A stretch of DNA of 64,000 nucleotides, taken from Candidatus Thermosaccharophagus tengchongensis. GTDB lineage: Bacteria > Armatimonadota > Fervidibacteria > Fervidibacterales > Thermosaccharophagaceae. How positions within the stretch are numbered: position 1 is the stretch's first letter; each line of letters opens with the position of its first letter. Below are positions 39,117-48,774 of the stretch, in pieces. The notes below the pieces were generated by a model. The model was not told where the DNA came from. It worked only from the letters and a program-made list of their open reading frames with translations, and made no database searches. The stretch lies in assembly GCA_032161105.1 (NCBI GenBank), contig JAVHTD010000005.1; one strand, written 5' to 3'. The position numbers and the translations under genes were made by a program.

Positions 39117-40175
39117 CTACTCAGCAACTTCAATGCCTTCACCCTCAATGACTTCTCCAATAACCCAATGATCCACGCCACGCATAGTCAGTTCGCTGCT
39201 AAGCCTCTCCAACCGCTCCTTCGGGACTGCAATGAGTAATCCGCCAGAGGTCTCGGGTGTGAATAGCAGCATCCGCATCTCCTGCGATATCACATCTGCA
39301 AACCTAACATGCCTGCCATATGCTGTTTCATTTGAGCATGTGCCCGCTGGGAACAAGAATTGGCGTGCATATTGGATAGCACCGTCAATGAGCGGGATGG
39401 ACTTGAGATTGATTCGCATCCCAACTTTGCTTTGCCAAGCCATCTCAAGGGCGTGCCCAAGAAGTGAGAAGCCAGATATATCGGTTGCTGCGTGAACACC
39501 GACTGCCAACATTGCTCGGGAGGCATCTTTGTTTAGCCTCGTCATGTAGGCTATGGCAGCCTCAACATGTTCCTCAATTGCAACACCTGCTTTTGCTGCC
39601 GTAGCAATTAACCCGCTTCCTAACGGTTTTGTGAGCACGAGCATATCTGAGGGTTTAGCGCCCGACTTTGTGATGATGTGGGATGGATGAACTATGCCGA
39701 TGACGGCTAAACCATATTTCGGCTCACGGTCATCAACAGTGTGTCCGCCAGCGATTACTCCACCAGCCTCTTTAACCTTTTCCGCACCACCTTGCAGAAT
39801 CTTGATAATGATCTCCTTCGGTAAGTCCGCTGGGAAGGCACAGATATTGAGCGCAAGAAGGACTTCACCACCCATAGCATAAACATCGCTCATTGCATTG
39901 GCAGCGGCGATTGCCCCGAACGCATAAGGGTCATCAACAATCGGTGTGAAGAAGTCAAGTGTGAATATAATGGCTGTGCTTTCATCAATTTTGTATACAG
40001 CGGCATCATCGGGGGCTTCAAGCCCAACTAACAGTTTGGGATGGCTAATATCCCTGAGCATTTCCCTCAATGTTGAGAGAATTTCTGACAGCCCACCAGG
40101 CGCCCACTTGCTAGCTCACCCAGATGCCCTAACCATAGATGTCAGCTTGATTTTCTTGTCATCACTTTGTGTCAT
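39117..40175 (-). CDS. selD: Selenide, water dikinase; selenoprotein with Sec at codon 20
   Basis: MTQSDDKKIKLTSMVRASG-TGA-ASKWAPGGL is in frame with DDAAVY, DFFTP, ANAMSDVYAMGG and ETSGGLL; GGGAGG RBS before ATG at 40175. Confidence 0.92.
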
Positions 40176-40253
40176 TTTTCCTCCCACTCCTTGCTCGGTT
40201 TTTTGAATCCAAGGTGAACAGAAGCTTGTTCACCATGAAATTTGCCACTTCCG

Positions 40254-40425
40254 TAATTCACAAGTTTTCCACAAGTCAAAGTTTCGCTTCATCTCGATTG
40301 TGTCCAAATATTGAGCCAAAATTTTGGACATAATGACCGTTTTGAACAGGATTGAAAGAAAGATGTCAACGAATATTTTCACAGCTGCTCACATGGGTGA
40401 CCGAGTTATCCACAGGTTTTCCACA
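40254..40425. promoter_or_regulatory. DnaA-box cluster (oriC candidate)
   Basis: TTATCCACA at 40406-40414, TTTTCCACA at 40417-40425 and 40265-40273, TAATTCACA at 40254-40262, ATTTTCACA at 40375-40383, in AT-rich intergenic DNA. Confidence 0.65.
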
Positions 40426-40467
40426 GTTCGGAGCAAAATAAAAATGTTTGTCCATATTTTCTGACCA

Positions 40468-41010
40468 TTAGTGAACAAAATCATCAATTGGTAACTCACT
40501 CAAACCCCTTTGCCATCCCTCAACAGTTACTATTCTCCATTTTATGAATTCTTTTTGCAAGAATATTGTCAAACCGCTTGGTCTGATGGTGTAGCTATGC
40601 TCTCCCACTGTCAAGGTTACTTGCAAACGCACATCCGCGACTGCCGTGTTGCGCCGCACATAGACAACCAATGCGAGTATGTCAATTTTAGCCGACAAAT
40701 TTTGATCTTTCATGTAGCTTTGAACGGCGTCTTTAATATCCCTATAAGTTGTTCCTGTTGAATCATGATAGTTGACTGATATCAACCGCATAAGCTTACC
40801 ATATTGCTTCATTTCAATGGCGGATTTCGCTTCCCTCAAAACTTGCGCCACCCTCTCTTCCTGAGGCACGCTTATATGCTGCTTCCATAGATATCCTCCT
40901 ATCGCTAAGAATGCCACAAAAGTCCCCAATCTCCATTTCACTGCTTTAAGTGTAAGCCATATTGATCTAAGGTGCTGCATGGTTCTCACCAGCGCTGTGG
41001 ATTCTGACAT
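40468..41010 (-). CDS. Membrane-anchored hypothetical protein, NTF2-like fold suspected
   Basis: TM helix, alpha+beta pattern ending LQKEFIKWRIV; GAGG RBS. Confidence 0.55.
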   Translation of the reverse strand: MSESTALVRTMQHLRSIWLTLKAVKWRLGTFVAFLAIGGYLWKQHISVPQEERVAQVLREAKSAIEMKQYGKLMRLISVNYHDSTGTTYRDIKDAVQSYMKDQNLSAKIDILALVVYVRRNTAVADVRLQVTLTVGEHSYTIRPSGLTIFLQKEFIKWRIVTVEGWQRGLSELPIDDFVH

Positions 41011-41355
41011 AGCACTTCCTCACTTCCATCAGCAGCTCCCAGCTCGGGTGAGACTTATGCAGCGTTGCGCTTTGTGCGATCCACTCTCTTTCTGCCTTTA
41101 AAAGGCTTTTACCTCGCCACTCAGCTGGCAGAGCTGAATGAGTCACCCTATTTCAGCGGTTATGCCATTATGCAGCGCGCAGCTTTATGAAACTTCCACA
41201 TGACGCGCTATTCTACCATTATGATGCCGCGAGTGCATGCCCTTGGTTTGAAGTGGTCTTTCCCATTCGCGTTTTGAATCGTTCAGTTATCAGGATGCCA
41301 CTCGCATACGCTCATGTAAGATCCAAGTTGCTTTCCGAAATCACGGTGACAGGAG

Positions 41356-42420
41356 ATGGGCATATCCATATCTCAAGAGTGGAAAGATTGCATTATGCAA
41401 GTCCTCTCAAAGCCGTATAGACCGCACATTGTGTTCGTCGTCGGCGTCCCCGATGTAGGTAAGACAACATTTTGCTGCGCCCTCGCGAACATCGCAATTG
41501 AGCATGGGCTAACCACAATGGTTGTAGATGCTGACATTGGTCAGTCAAGTATAGGACCACCAACGACCATCGGGCTTGGAAGAGTTAGAAACAAAATTGA
41601 GCGCCTCAGCGATGCCGAATTTGTCGCTGGGTTCTTTGTCGGGCACATTTCGCCAATGGGTCATCTGCTTCCCACCGTGATTGGCACAAAGCTCATGATT
41701 GATAAAGCCGTTTCAAACGGCGCTGATATCGTCATCGTTGACACTACGGGGCTCGTGAGAGGTGCCATTGGACGGGAGTTAAAATGGAACAAAGTGCGGC
41801 TCATCAAACCACAGTCACTAATCGCTATTGAGCGCGGCAACGAGTTGGCTCACTTGCTCGTGCCGCTAAGGCGTTTGGAGTGGCTTCAAATATACCGTGT
41901 GAGCGCCTCTGATGCTGCTGTGCAGCGTGATAGAGGGCTCAGGAAGTTGCATCGTGAAAGCAAGTTTAAGCAATTCTTTGAAGGTGCAAGGGAAGTGGAA
42001 CTATCTCTTGAGAGTGTGGCTCTCCTTGGGACATGGCTCGGTTGTGGCACGCCTGCTCACCCGAGCTTTGTAGCGCACCTTTCCGAGATTGCCGACGCGG
42101 AAATCGCACATGCAGAGAGATGCGACAATGTCGGCGTGCTCGTGACAGCAGAGAGAATCAGTGAAGACGCGATGCGATGGATTGCATCCCGTTGGGGCGT
42201 GGATGAGATTGTCACCATATCACTTGAGCAGATCAGTGGGTTAGTAGTGGGCTTACACGATGGAAACGGTGAATTCTTATCCATTGGAGTGCTGCTCGCT
42301 TATGATGGCTCATCAAGGAAGTTGCGCGTGCTAATGCCATCATCGGTTAATCCGAGTGATGTTGCCCTTCTCGTCTTTGGGAAGCACCGCATTAGCACCG
42401 AAGGAACTGAGTTAACTTAG
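41356..42420 (+). CDS. Clp1/Grc3-family polynucleotide 5'-hydroxyl kinase
   Basis: GVPDVGKTT, DADIGQSSIGPPTTIG, IVDTTGLV and lid R-x3-R-x3-R motifs. Confidence 0.85.
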   Translation: MGISISQEWKDCIMQVLSKPYRPHIVFVVGVPDVGKTTFCCALANIAIEHGLTTMVVDADIGQSSIGPPTTIGLGRVRNKIERLSDAEFVAGFFVGHISPMGHLLPTVIGTKLMIDKAVSNGADIVIVDTTGLVRGAIGRELKWNKVRLIKPQSLIAIERGNELAHLLVPLRRLEWLQIYRVSASDAAVQRDRGLRKLHRESKFKQFFEGAREVELSLESVALLGTWLGCGTPAHPSFVAHLSEIADAEIAHAERCDNVGVLVTAERISEDAMRWIASRWGVDEIVTISLEQISGLVVGLHDGNGEFLSIGVLLAYDGSSRKLRVLMPSSVNPSDVALLVFGKHRISTEGTELT

Positions 42421-42474
42421 TTGCACACAATGGCAGCGTTGACTCATTGAGAACATGTTGGGAGATGTGCACGC

Positions 42475-43140
42475 ATGGAGCGAACGGTTCTCATCCTCGC
42501 CAGACATGGGGAAACATCTTGGAATAAGGAACACCGCTTTCAAGGGCAGAGAGATGCACCGTTGAGCGAACTCGGCTGGCTGCAGGCTATGGCATTGCAT
42601 GAGCGATTAAAAGATGAGCCCATAGATGCGGTTTACACAAGTGACCTCTTGCGAGCCTTTGAAACAGCTCAACTCATACTCCGAGGGCGAGACACCTGCA
42701 TAAATCCAACACCAGAGTTGCGTGAGCGCCATATGGGGGCTTGGGAGGGATTGACATTTGATGAGGCGATGAAAGCTTATCCTGAGGAAGTTAAGAAGTG
42801 GCTGAAGGAGCCATTGGCAACCGTTCCACTGGGTGAGGATGGAACGCACTTCGTCCAACGGGTGACGAAATTCTTTGAGAGACTGCTCAACATGCATTCT
42901 GGCGAGCGCATACTTGTTGTCTCGCATGCTGGTCCAATCAAGGTCGCAATATGCTCGCTGCTCAACTGGGACATGAGCTGCCTTCGCCATTTCAGGATTT
43001 CCAACGGGAGCATATCAGTCATTGAGGTGGGGCATAGAGGCGCCCTATGCAGCACGCTCAACGACGAATGCCATCTCATCAAGCTCAACCGAGCGCTCAC
43101 ACAAGCCCGACAATGTGGAAGCCCTGATCAACATAAATGA
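42475..43140 (+). CDS. Histidine phosphatase family protein
   Basis: RHGETSWN, SDLLRAFETA, LRERHMGAWEG and VSHAG motifs. Confidence 0.92.
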   Translation: MERTVLILARHGETSWNKEHRFQGQRDAPLSELGWLQAMALHERLKDEPIDAVYTSDLLRAFETAQLILRGRDTCINPTPELRERHMGAWEGLTFDEAMKAYPEEVKKWLKEPLATVPLGEDGTHFVQRVTKFFERLLNMHSGERILVVSHAGPIKVAICSLLNWDMSCLRHFRISNGSISVIEVGHRGALCSTLNDECHLIKLNRALTQARQCGSPDQHK

Positions 43141-43870
43141 CTTCCCCAGTTATGCCCCGTGACATATCACTCAGCAGGAAGAGTGCTGCATCGGCGACCT
43201 CTTCCACATCCGTATTTCGGTGCATCGGAGCCACTTCTCTGAAGCGCTGATACATTTGTGTGAAGCCGCTTATTCCCCTCGCAGCCAGCGTCGGTATCGG
43301 ACCCGGTGAGAGGGCATTAACCCTTATGTTCCTTTCACCGAGTTCAAATGCGAGGTATCGGACTATAGCTTCAAGCGCAGCCTTGCAAACGCCCATCACA
43401 TTGTAGCTTGGCATCGCCCTTTCACTGCCGATGTAAGTGAGCGTAATTATTGAACCGCCAGAATCCATCAACCAAATTGCTGGACGAGTTATTGCAATTA
43501 GCGAATATGCGCTCACATCCATCGCGGCAAGAAAGCCATCACGACTTGTGTTAATGAAACTTCCGGACAATTCCTCTCGCCTCGCAAATGCAACACTGTG
43601 GACGATGAAGTCAAGCTTGCCATGACGCTCGCTGATTGACCTGTAGACTTCCTCAATTTGCGCATCGTCTGTGACATCGCATTGCATCGTCCAAGCATCC
43701 CGAAGCTGCGACGCCAACTCGCACACCGTTTGGGCAAACCTCTCGGATTGGTATGTTATGCACACCTTTGCACCTTCATTGCTCGCAGCCTTAGCTATAG
43801 CCCACGCAATTGAACGCTGATTGGCAACGCCATAGACGACGCCGACTTTGCCGTCAAGCAAACTGCCCAT
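43097..43870 (-). CDS. fabI: Enoyl-ACP reductase
   Basis: GVANQRSIAWAIA, YNVMGVCKAALE and GPIPTLAA motifs. Confidence 0.95.
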   Translation of the reverse strand: MGSLLDGKVGVVYGVANQRSIAWAIAKAASNEGAKVCITYQSERFAQTVCELASQLRDAWTMQCDVTDDAQIEEVYRSISERHGKLDFIVHSVAFARREELSGSFINTSRDGFLAAMDVSAYSLIAITRPAIWLMDSGGSIITLTYIGSERAMPSYNVMGVCKAALEAIVRYLAFELGERNIRVNALSPGPIPTLAARGISGFTQMYQRFREVAPMHRNTDVEEVADAALFLLSDMSRGITGEVIYVDQGFHIVGLV

Positions 43871-44257
43871 CGCCCACCCCTCCAATAATTGAAGTTTTGA
43901 TTCGCACTAAGTGTGGCTATGCTTTATTTGAGGGTTCACCATTTGATGCCGAATGCGCCCAATCAAATTTTTGCGCCATCGGTAGCGTCGGCTCACGGTC
44001 GGTGAAGTTGAGGTTAATGGGATAAGCCTTGATCAGCTGCAAGCTACAATGACGCAATTTGCAAGGATGTGTTCCTGCGCGCTGTGCAGCCTTCCGGTGC
44101 GGCAGAATTGTCAAGCGCTGGATTGGGAAAACATTGTGTGGCACTTCCAAATGGTTGCGGATCAACCGAACACTGCCATTGCACCCATGACAGTGGGTGC
44201 GAGAACTTGCAGCAGACAATGCGACGGACTGCCACACATGAATTGGTGAACGGAATT

Positions 44258-47200
44258 ATGAGGGCAGTAAGCATTGCAAAGCACAGCGATGCTCGCTATA
44301 TAAGGCTACGCCTCATAGCACTCATACGCCTCTATCAGCTTCTCGCATATGCTTGCATGCAACTTCACTCGTGGACCGCACTTGCGATATGCCTCGCAAT
44401 AGGAACGCTTGCGGCAATGTCAGTTTTTCATTTGGGGCATCTTCTGTCCGATGAACTCATCTTGGCAATCGGCGTCTTGCTGCTCTTGCAGCTTGTAGCC
44501 TGCATCTTGATCAAGCTCATCCCGACCGCCTTCAAGTGGGTGAGCCCGCTGAAAGCCGCTTTTGAACTTGAATGCCATTTTGAATCGCTGAGGGGTAGGG
44601 TAGCAAGCGGAATTGAATTGGCGATGCGGAGGGTGCACGCTGAGGGAGTATCCGAAAGGCTCATCCAAGCGGCGATTGCTGATTCCTTGAGCGGGCTTTT
44701 AAGTGTGCGATGGTATTCGCCATTGCTGGAAAGATTCTACCCAGCGATGAAGGGGATGGCGATTGCCGCAATGCTTTGGTGCGCGGCATTGCTGTGGGCA
44801 AGCCTCTCGCACACCGATTTGCAAGACCTCGTGATGCCTTTCATTACAGCGCATGACTCGGTAGCCTTCTCAAGGCATGGCAAGCTCGCCATTGAGCCGC
44901 TGCCTAATGCTGTCCTAAAAGGAAGCAACATCACAGTCAGAGCAGTTGCAACTGGTGGAGTGCCAAAGGAAGTCTGCTTAAAAGTAACCGGCAAGATGAC
45001 AAAGCACACCGCAGTTTTGATGATGCACTTAAAGGCTCTCTCAGTGCACTTGCTTCAACCAGCCTTGTTCATTTGGCGCAATTGGCGTTATGGCGCTCTC
45101 ACATATGAGGTTTGTCTGCGCAACCTTCGCGAAGACATCATCATCGTCGCTCAGTCAGGCAATGTGAGGAGCAAGGCGCACCTAATCCGAGTTGTGGACT
45201 TCCCGACAATCAAGTCAATCACCCTTTTGATTGAGCCACCGCTATACACCGGGCTTGAAGTGAGGGAGCTATCGCTGAGCGCACCGGCTAACCTTTCCAT
45301 CCCTTATGGGTCGCTTGTCAGCATGACGGTGATATGCAACAACAGGCTTAAGAGTGCTGTCATCCATCCCGAAGGCGATTCTGCAGTCACGATGAGCGTC
45401 AACGGGAATGTGGCTTCAGCCCTGCTTGAAATGCGGCGCAGCATGCGCATAGGAGTGACAGTGCGGGATATCTACGGATCTGAAGGTCAATGGGGGAAGG
45501 TGTCCCTTGCAGTGGTGCATGACAGACCCCCGGTGGTGGAGATACTCTCCCCAACCGAAAGCGAAGTGCGAGTCCTACCAGTAGCGAGCGTGCCAATCGT
45601 CGTGCGAGCATCTGATGACTACGGTTTGGGCAATCTCAAAGTGACCTTTGTTGGCAATGTGCCCGTTAAAAGGGAGGTTGAACTTGGCTCGTATGGCGGT
45701 TCTGAAAAGGAAGCAACCGCCAACTTGCTCATGCACATTGTCGGATTGCGTGTCGGCAGCATCATACGCTTTAGGGCACTGGCAAGCGATAATGATGAAC
45801 TGCTCGGTCCGAAGGTCGGCTGCAGCGCATGGCGCACTGTGCGTGTCGTGACGCTGAACGAATTCCTATCGGAGTTTGAGGGGCTTGAAAGAAAAGCATG
45901 TGAGGTGCTGCATGATGCAGCTTCCGAATACGAATCCGCCTTAAATGCGATTGAGCAGGCGATGAAGATATTAGCACATCGCCCTTTATCTCGCGGTGAG
46001 TTGAGCAAATTGCAGGCGGCAGTTGAGAGGTTGAGCGAGCTCAAGCGAGAGTTTGAGCAATTGAGCTCGGAAGTCAGTTCAAAGGTTGACATGGCTCACT
46101 TGAACCAAGTCGCATCACCAATTGATTGGCTTGACCGAATGCTCCGTCAATACCTCCTCAACAGGTTGGACAGTGATATTGAGGCGCTCAAGAGGCTTGA
46201 AGTGGCGGCGCTTCGTGGGGCTCCAAATGAGGCACTCTCGCGCTTGTCGGAATCAGCCCACTCAAGCGTGGCTACGACGATGAGCAGTATAGAGCAAGCC
46301 TCAAGGGCGTTGCAGCGTGCGCGGAGGTTTTCCGAGCTATTCAAGTTGGCACTTGGGGCTGCTGAGGTGAGCAAATCAATCTGCGAAGTAAAACGGCGAG
46401 TTGAACTGTTGCCGAACAATGAGCTCTCATCTCGCATGAGCCAGTTGCGTCAAAGCGTAGCAGCAGCCGAAGCTCGCATTCAATGGATCAGGCAACGCAT
46501 GCGCGCTGTTGCATCCGAGTGGCGCGGTGATGGCGAAGGCGATTTGGCAAGCATCCTGATGAGAGCCAATGATGAGCTGCCAATTGAGGGGGTTAAATCG
46601 GCGTTGGCAAATGCCATAGAGGCAATGCAGCATACGGACTTGAGCGCAGTTTCCCAATCGCTTTCAGCACTGCATCAAGCTGTGCAGAAGTTCAGCGAGG
46701 ATGTTTTTGAGGCGTATGAGAGGGTTCGCCTCCATGCATACCGAAGCGATAGAGACAGGTTAGCCCAAGTTTGGAGGCGAGTTGAAAAACTACTCAACGA
46801 CCAGCGTGAGCTCGCGCATGCTACGGAGATGACGCTTAAGTTTGGGCGCGAAGCGGGCACGGGTTTGCAGCGCGAAGGAGAAGGCGAAGGAAATGAAACG
46901 CAGCTCAAGCAGCGTGAAGGTGCAAATCTCGCACCAGAGGAGTTGATTGAGCGACAGGGGAGACTGGTGGGGCAGGCGCAGCCCCTCCCAAAGCAAGTCT
47001 CGGAATTGCTCGGGCTCATCCCACAGCTTGATCACGGTGTTGTTAGCAATGCCACAAGCGCATTGATGGCAATGAGGTCATCGTTATCGCACTTGAGGAA
47101 ACGCAATTTAGCCTCAGCCAGCAGAGCTCAGGCGAATGCGATATCAGCGCTTGAGGCGCTTTCAAATGCGCTATCAAATGTGTTCCGTTACGACTACGGA

Positions 47201-47911
47201 GTAGCCAGTCAACTTGTCGGCATTGCCCAGATGGAAATGATTGACCTCGCCCTCCTTCAGGAGAGCATCAACCTGCGGTCTAAGGACGCAATTGGATTCA
47301 AATCAGCCGACAATGAGGCATTGCGCGAGTTGATGGCGGTGCAGGAGAGAATGATACGGTCAGCGTTGAAGCGAGCCGACAATCTGTTCGGTGTGCCATG
47401 GTCAGCTGAGCTGAGGGAGCTTGTGCACGCGGCTCAGACCGATGCAGCCGAAGTCGCAACTGCAGTTGAGCGTGGTTCAATTGATTCCACTGTTAGGCAA
47501 AAGCAAGAGCGCATCCTGCTGACACTCCTCAGGCTCGCAAATGAGCTTTCGGGGACACATCAGGCAATGCAGGCGATGCAGCAGAGGCTTGCAGGTCAGC
47601 GTGAGGGTGAAGGAATGAAGAGGGGCGGGCAGGAGGGTAAGGAGGACGAAGACGGCGGCAAGAAGGATGGTTGGAGGAATTGGCTGCGCAGCTTGCCGGG
47701 AAGCGTGTTTGGCAAGTTCATTGAGCACGGTCCACCCATGAAGAGCGTGCCAGAGGCATTAGTAATGCATCGGGCGCAAGTTACAGAGGGCACAGGCAAA
47801 GGCGCGGTAAAGGGGACTGCGCAACCGATGCCACACAGCCAAGAGGCAACAGCGCCAGCCACATACAGGAATGCCATCACGATTTACTTCAAGCGAGTTG
47901 GCAGCAGGTGA
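44258..47911 (+). CDS. Large membrane protein with Ig-like and coiled-coil regions (DUF4175-like)
   Basis: N-terminal TM helices; PPLYTG, DRPPVVEI and ASDDYGL motifs; long helical tail ending YRNAITIYF; start uncertain (ORF open from 44069). Confidence 0.6.
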   Translation: MRAVSIAKHSDARYIRLRLIALIRLYQLLAYACMQLHSWTALAICLAIGTLAAMSVFHLGHLLSDELILAIGVLLLLQLVACILIKLIPTAFKWVSPLKAAFELECHFESLRGRVASGIELAMRRVHAEGVSERLIQAAIADSLSGLLSVRWYSPLLERFYPAMKGMAIAAMLWCAALLWASLSHTDLQDLVMPFITAHDSVAFSRHGKLAIEPLPNAVLKGSNITVRAVATGGVPKEVCLKVTGKMTKHTAVLMMHLKALSVHLLQPALFIWRNWRYGALTYEVCLRNLREDIIIVAQSGNVRSKAHLIRVVDFPTIKSITLLIEPPLYTGLEVRELSLSAPANLSIPYGSLVSMTVICNNRLKSAVIHPEGDSAVTMSVNGNVASALLEMRRSMRIGVTVRDIYGSEGQWGKVSLAVVHDRPPVVEILSPTESEVRVLPVASVPIVVRASDDYGLGNLKVTFVGNVPVKREVELGSYGGSEKEATANLLMHIVGLRVGSIIRFRALASDNDELLGPKVGCSAWRTVRVVTLNEFLSEFEGLERKACEVLHDAASEYESALNAIEQAMKILAHRPLSRGELSKLQAAVERLSELKREFEQLSSEVSSKVDMAHLNQVASPIDWLDRMLRQYLLNRLDSDIEALKRLEVAALRGAPNEALSRLSESAHSSVATTMSSIEQASRALQRARRFSELFKLALGAAEVSKSICEVKRRVELLPNNELSSRMSQLRQSVAAAEARIQWIRQRMRAVASEWRGDGEGDLASILMRANDELPIEGVKSALANAIEAMQHTDLSAVSQSLSALHQAVQKFSEDVFEAYERVRLHAYRSDRDRLAQVWRRVEKLLNDQRELAHATEMTLKFGREAGTGLQREGEGEGNETQLKQREGANLAPEELIERQGRLVGQAQPLPKQVSELLGLIPQLDHGVVSNATSALMAMRSSLSHLRKRNLASASRAQANAISALEALSNALSNVFRYDYGVASQLVGIAQMEMIDLALLQESINLRSKDAIGFKSADNEALRELMAVQERMIRSALKRADNLFGVPWSAELRELVHAAQTDAAEVATAVERGSIDSTVRQKQERILLTLLRLANELSGTHQAMQAMQQRLAGQREGEGMKRGGQEGKEDEDGGKKDGWRNWLRSLPGSVFGKFIEHGPPMKSVPEALVMHRAQVTEGTGKGAVKGTAQPMPHSQEATAPATYRNAITIYFKRVGSR

Positions 47912-48684
47912 TGGGCATGCAATTCAGAGGGTGTCGCATTGAAGTGGTGTTGATCAGTGCAGCCGTCATTGCTGCAACTGCATGCATGCTTCATCTCATC
48001 ATAGCTCAAGAGGCTGAATTGCCGTTGAGCTCCATCCCACTATCAAGCGAGGTTGAAACGAAGCATGCCGAATGCCCTATAGGCTCATTTCACATTGCTC
48101 GGTTAAGGTTGAGGGAAAGCACTCTGCGTGTTGACCCAATGTCAGACATCAACTTGATTGCAGCCGTCAGCAAAAGGACGAGCTTAAACATTTGCCCGAA
48201 GCGCTTCATCGTCACGCTTGATGATGACGAAATCTTCAACCACCCGTTTGTCATCTTCATTGGAGAACATGTTCCGATGAGGTTGAACCAAAGCGAGGTA
48301 AGCAAGCTGCGGCGCTACCTGCTTGGCGGCGGCTTCCTCTATGTTGATGAGTGCCCGGCGAAGCTGAGCTTGAGAGAGCCATTGCGAGGCGAGTTGCAAC
48401 AGCTACTCCCTGAATACAGACTTGAGAGGCTTCCGTTGAGCCATCCGCTTTACAGCTCGTTTTATCGCATCACCCGAATACCGACGGCTGGCAGAGGTGG
48501 CGCAAATTATCATGAGGGGATAAGCATCAACGGAAGGCTTGTCCTCGTTTACTCAACAAATGGTGAAGGGTGCTCATGGCAAAGTTGGCGATGGGCTGGA
48601 CCGTTGTGTGCTTGTCTCCCGCCACCGTTTGATTACGCATTTGAGTTCGGAGTTAACCTCATCTACTATGCGATGACGCATTAG
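47908..48684 (+). CDS. DUF4159 domain protein
   Basis: HPFVIF, LRRYLLGGGFLYVD, HPLYSSFY and GVNLIYYAMTH motifs. Confidence 0.8.
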   Translation: MMGMQFRGCRIEVVLISAAVIAATACMLHLIIAQEAELPLSSIPLSSEVETKHAECPIGSFHIARLRLRESTLRVDPMSDINLIAAVSKRTSLNICPKRFIVTLDDDEIFNHPFVIFIGEHVPMRLNQSEVSKLRRYLLGGGFLYVDECPAKLSLREPLRGELQQLLPEYRLERLPLSHPLYSSFYRITRIPTAGRGGANYHEGISINGRLVLVYSTNGEGCSWQSWRWAGPLCACLPPPFDYAFEFGVNLIYYAMTH

Positions 48685-48774
48685 GTAATCTCACGCCCGC
48701 AGCATAGCGACACCGTGCCGTAAAGGCGACATAAACATTTGACATGGTCTTGCGGCTATATCATGAAGATTCGT

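Noticed and set aside
39117..40070. selD as an N-terminally truncated gene or pseudogene
   Set aside because: The stop is a UGA exactly at the Cys/Sec position, with a conserved upstream frame and RBS.
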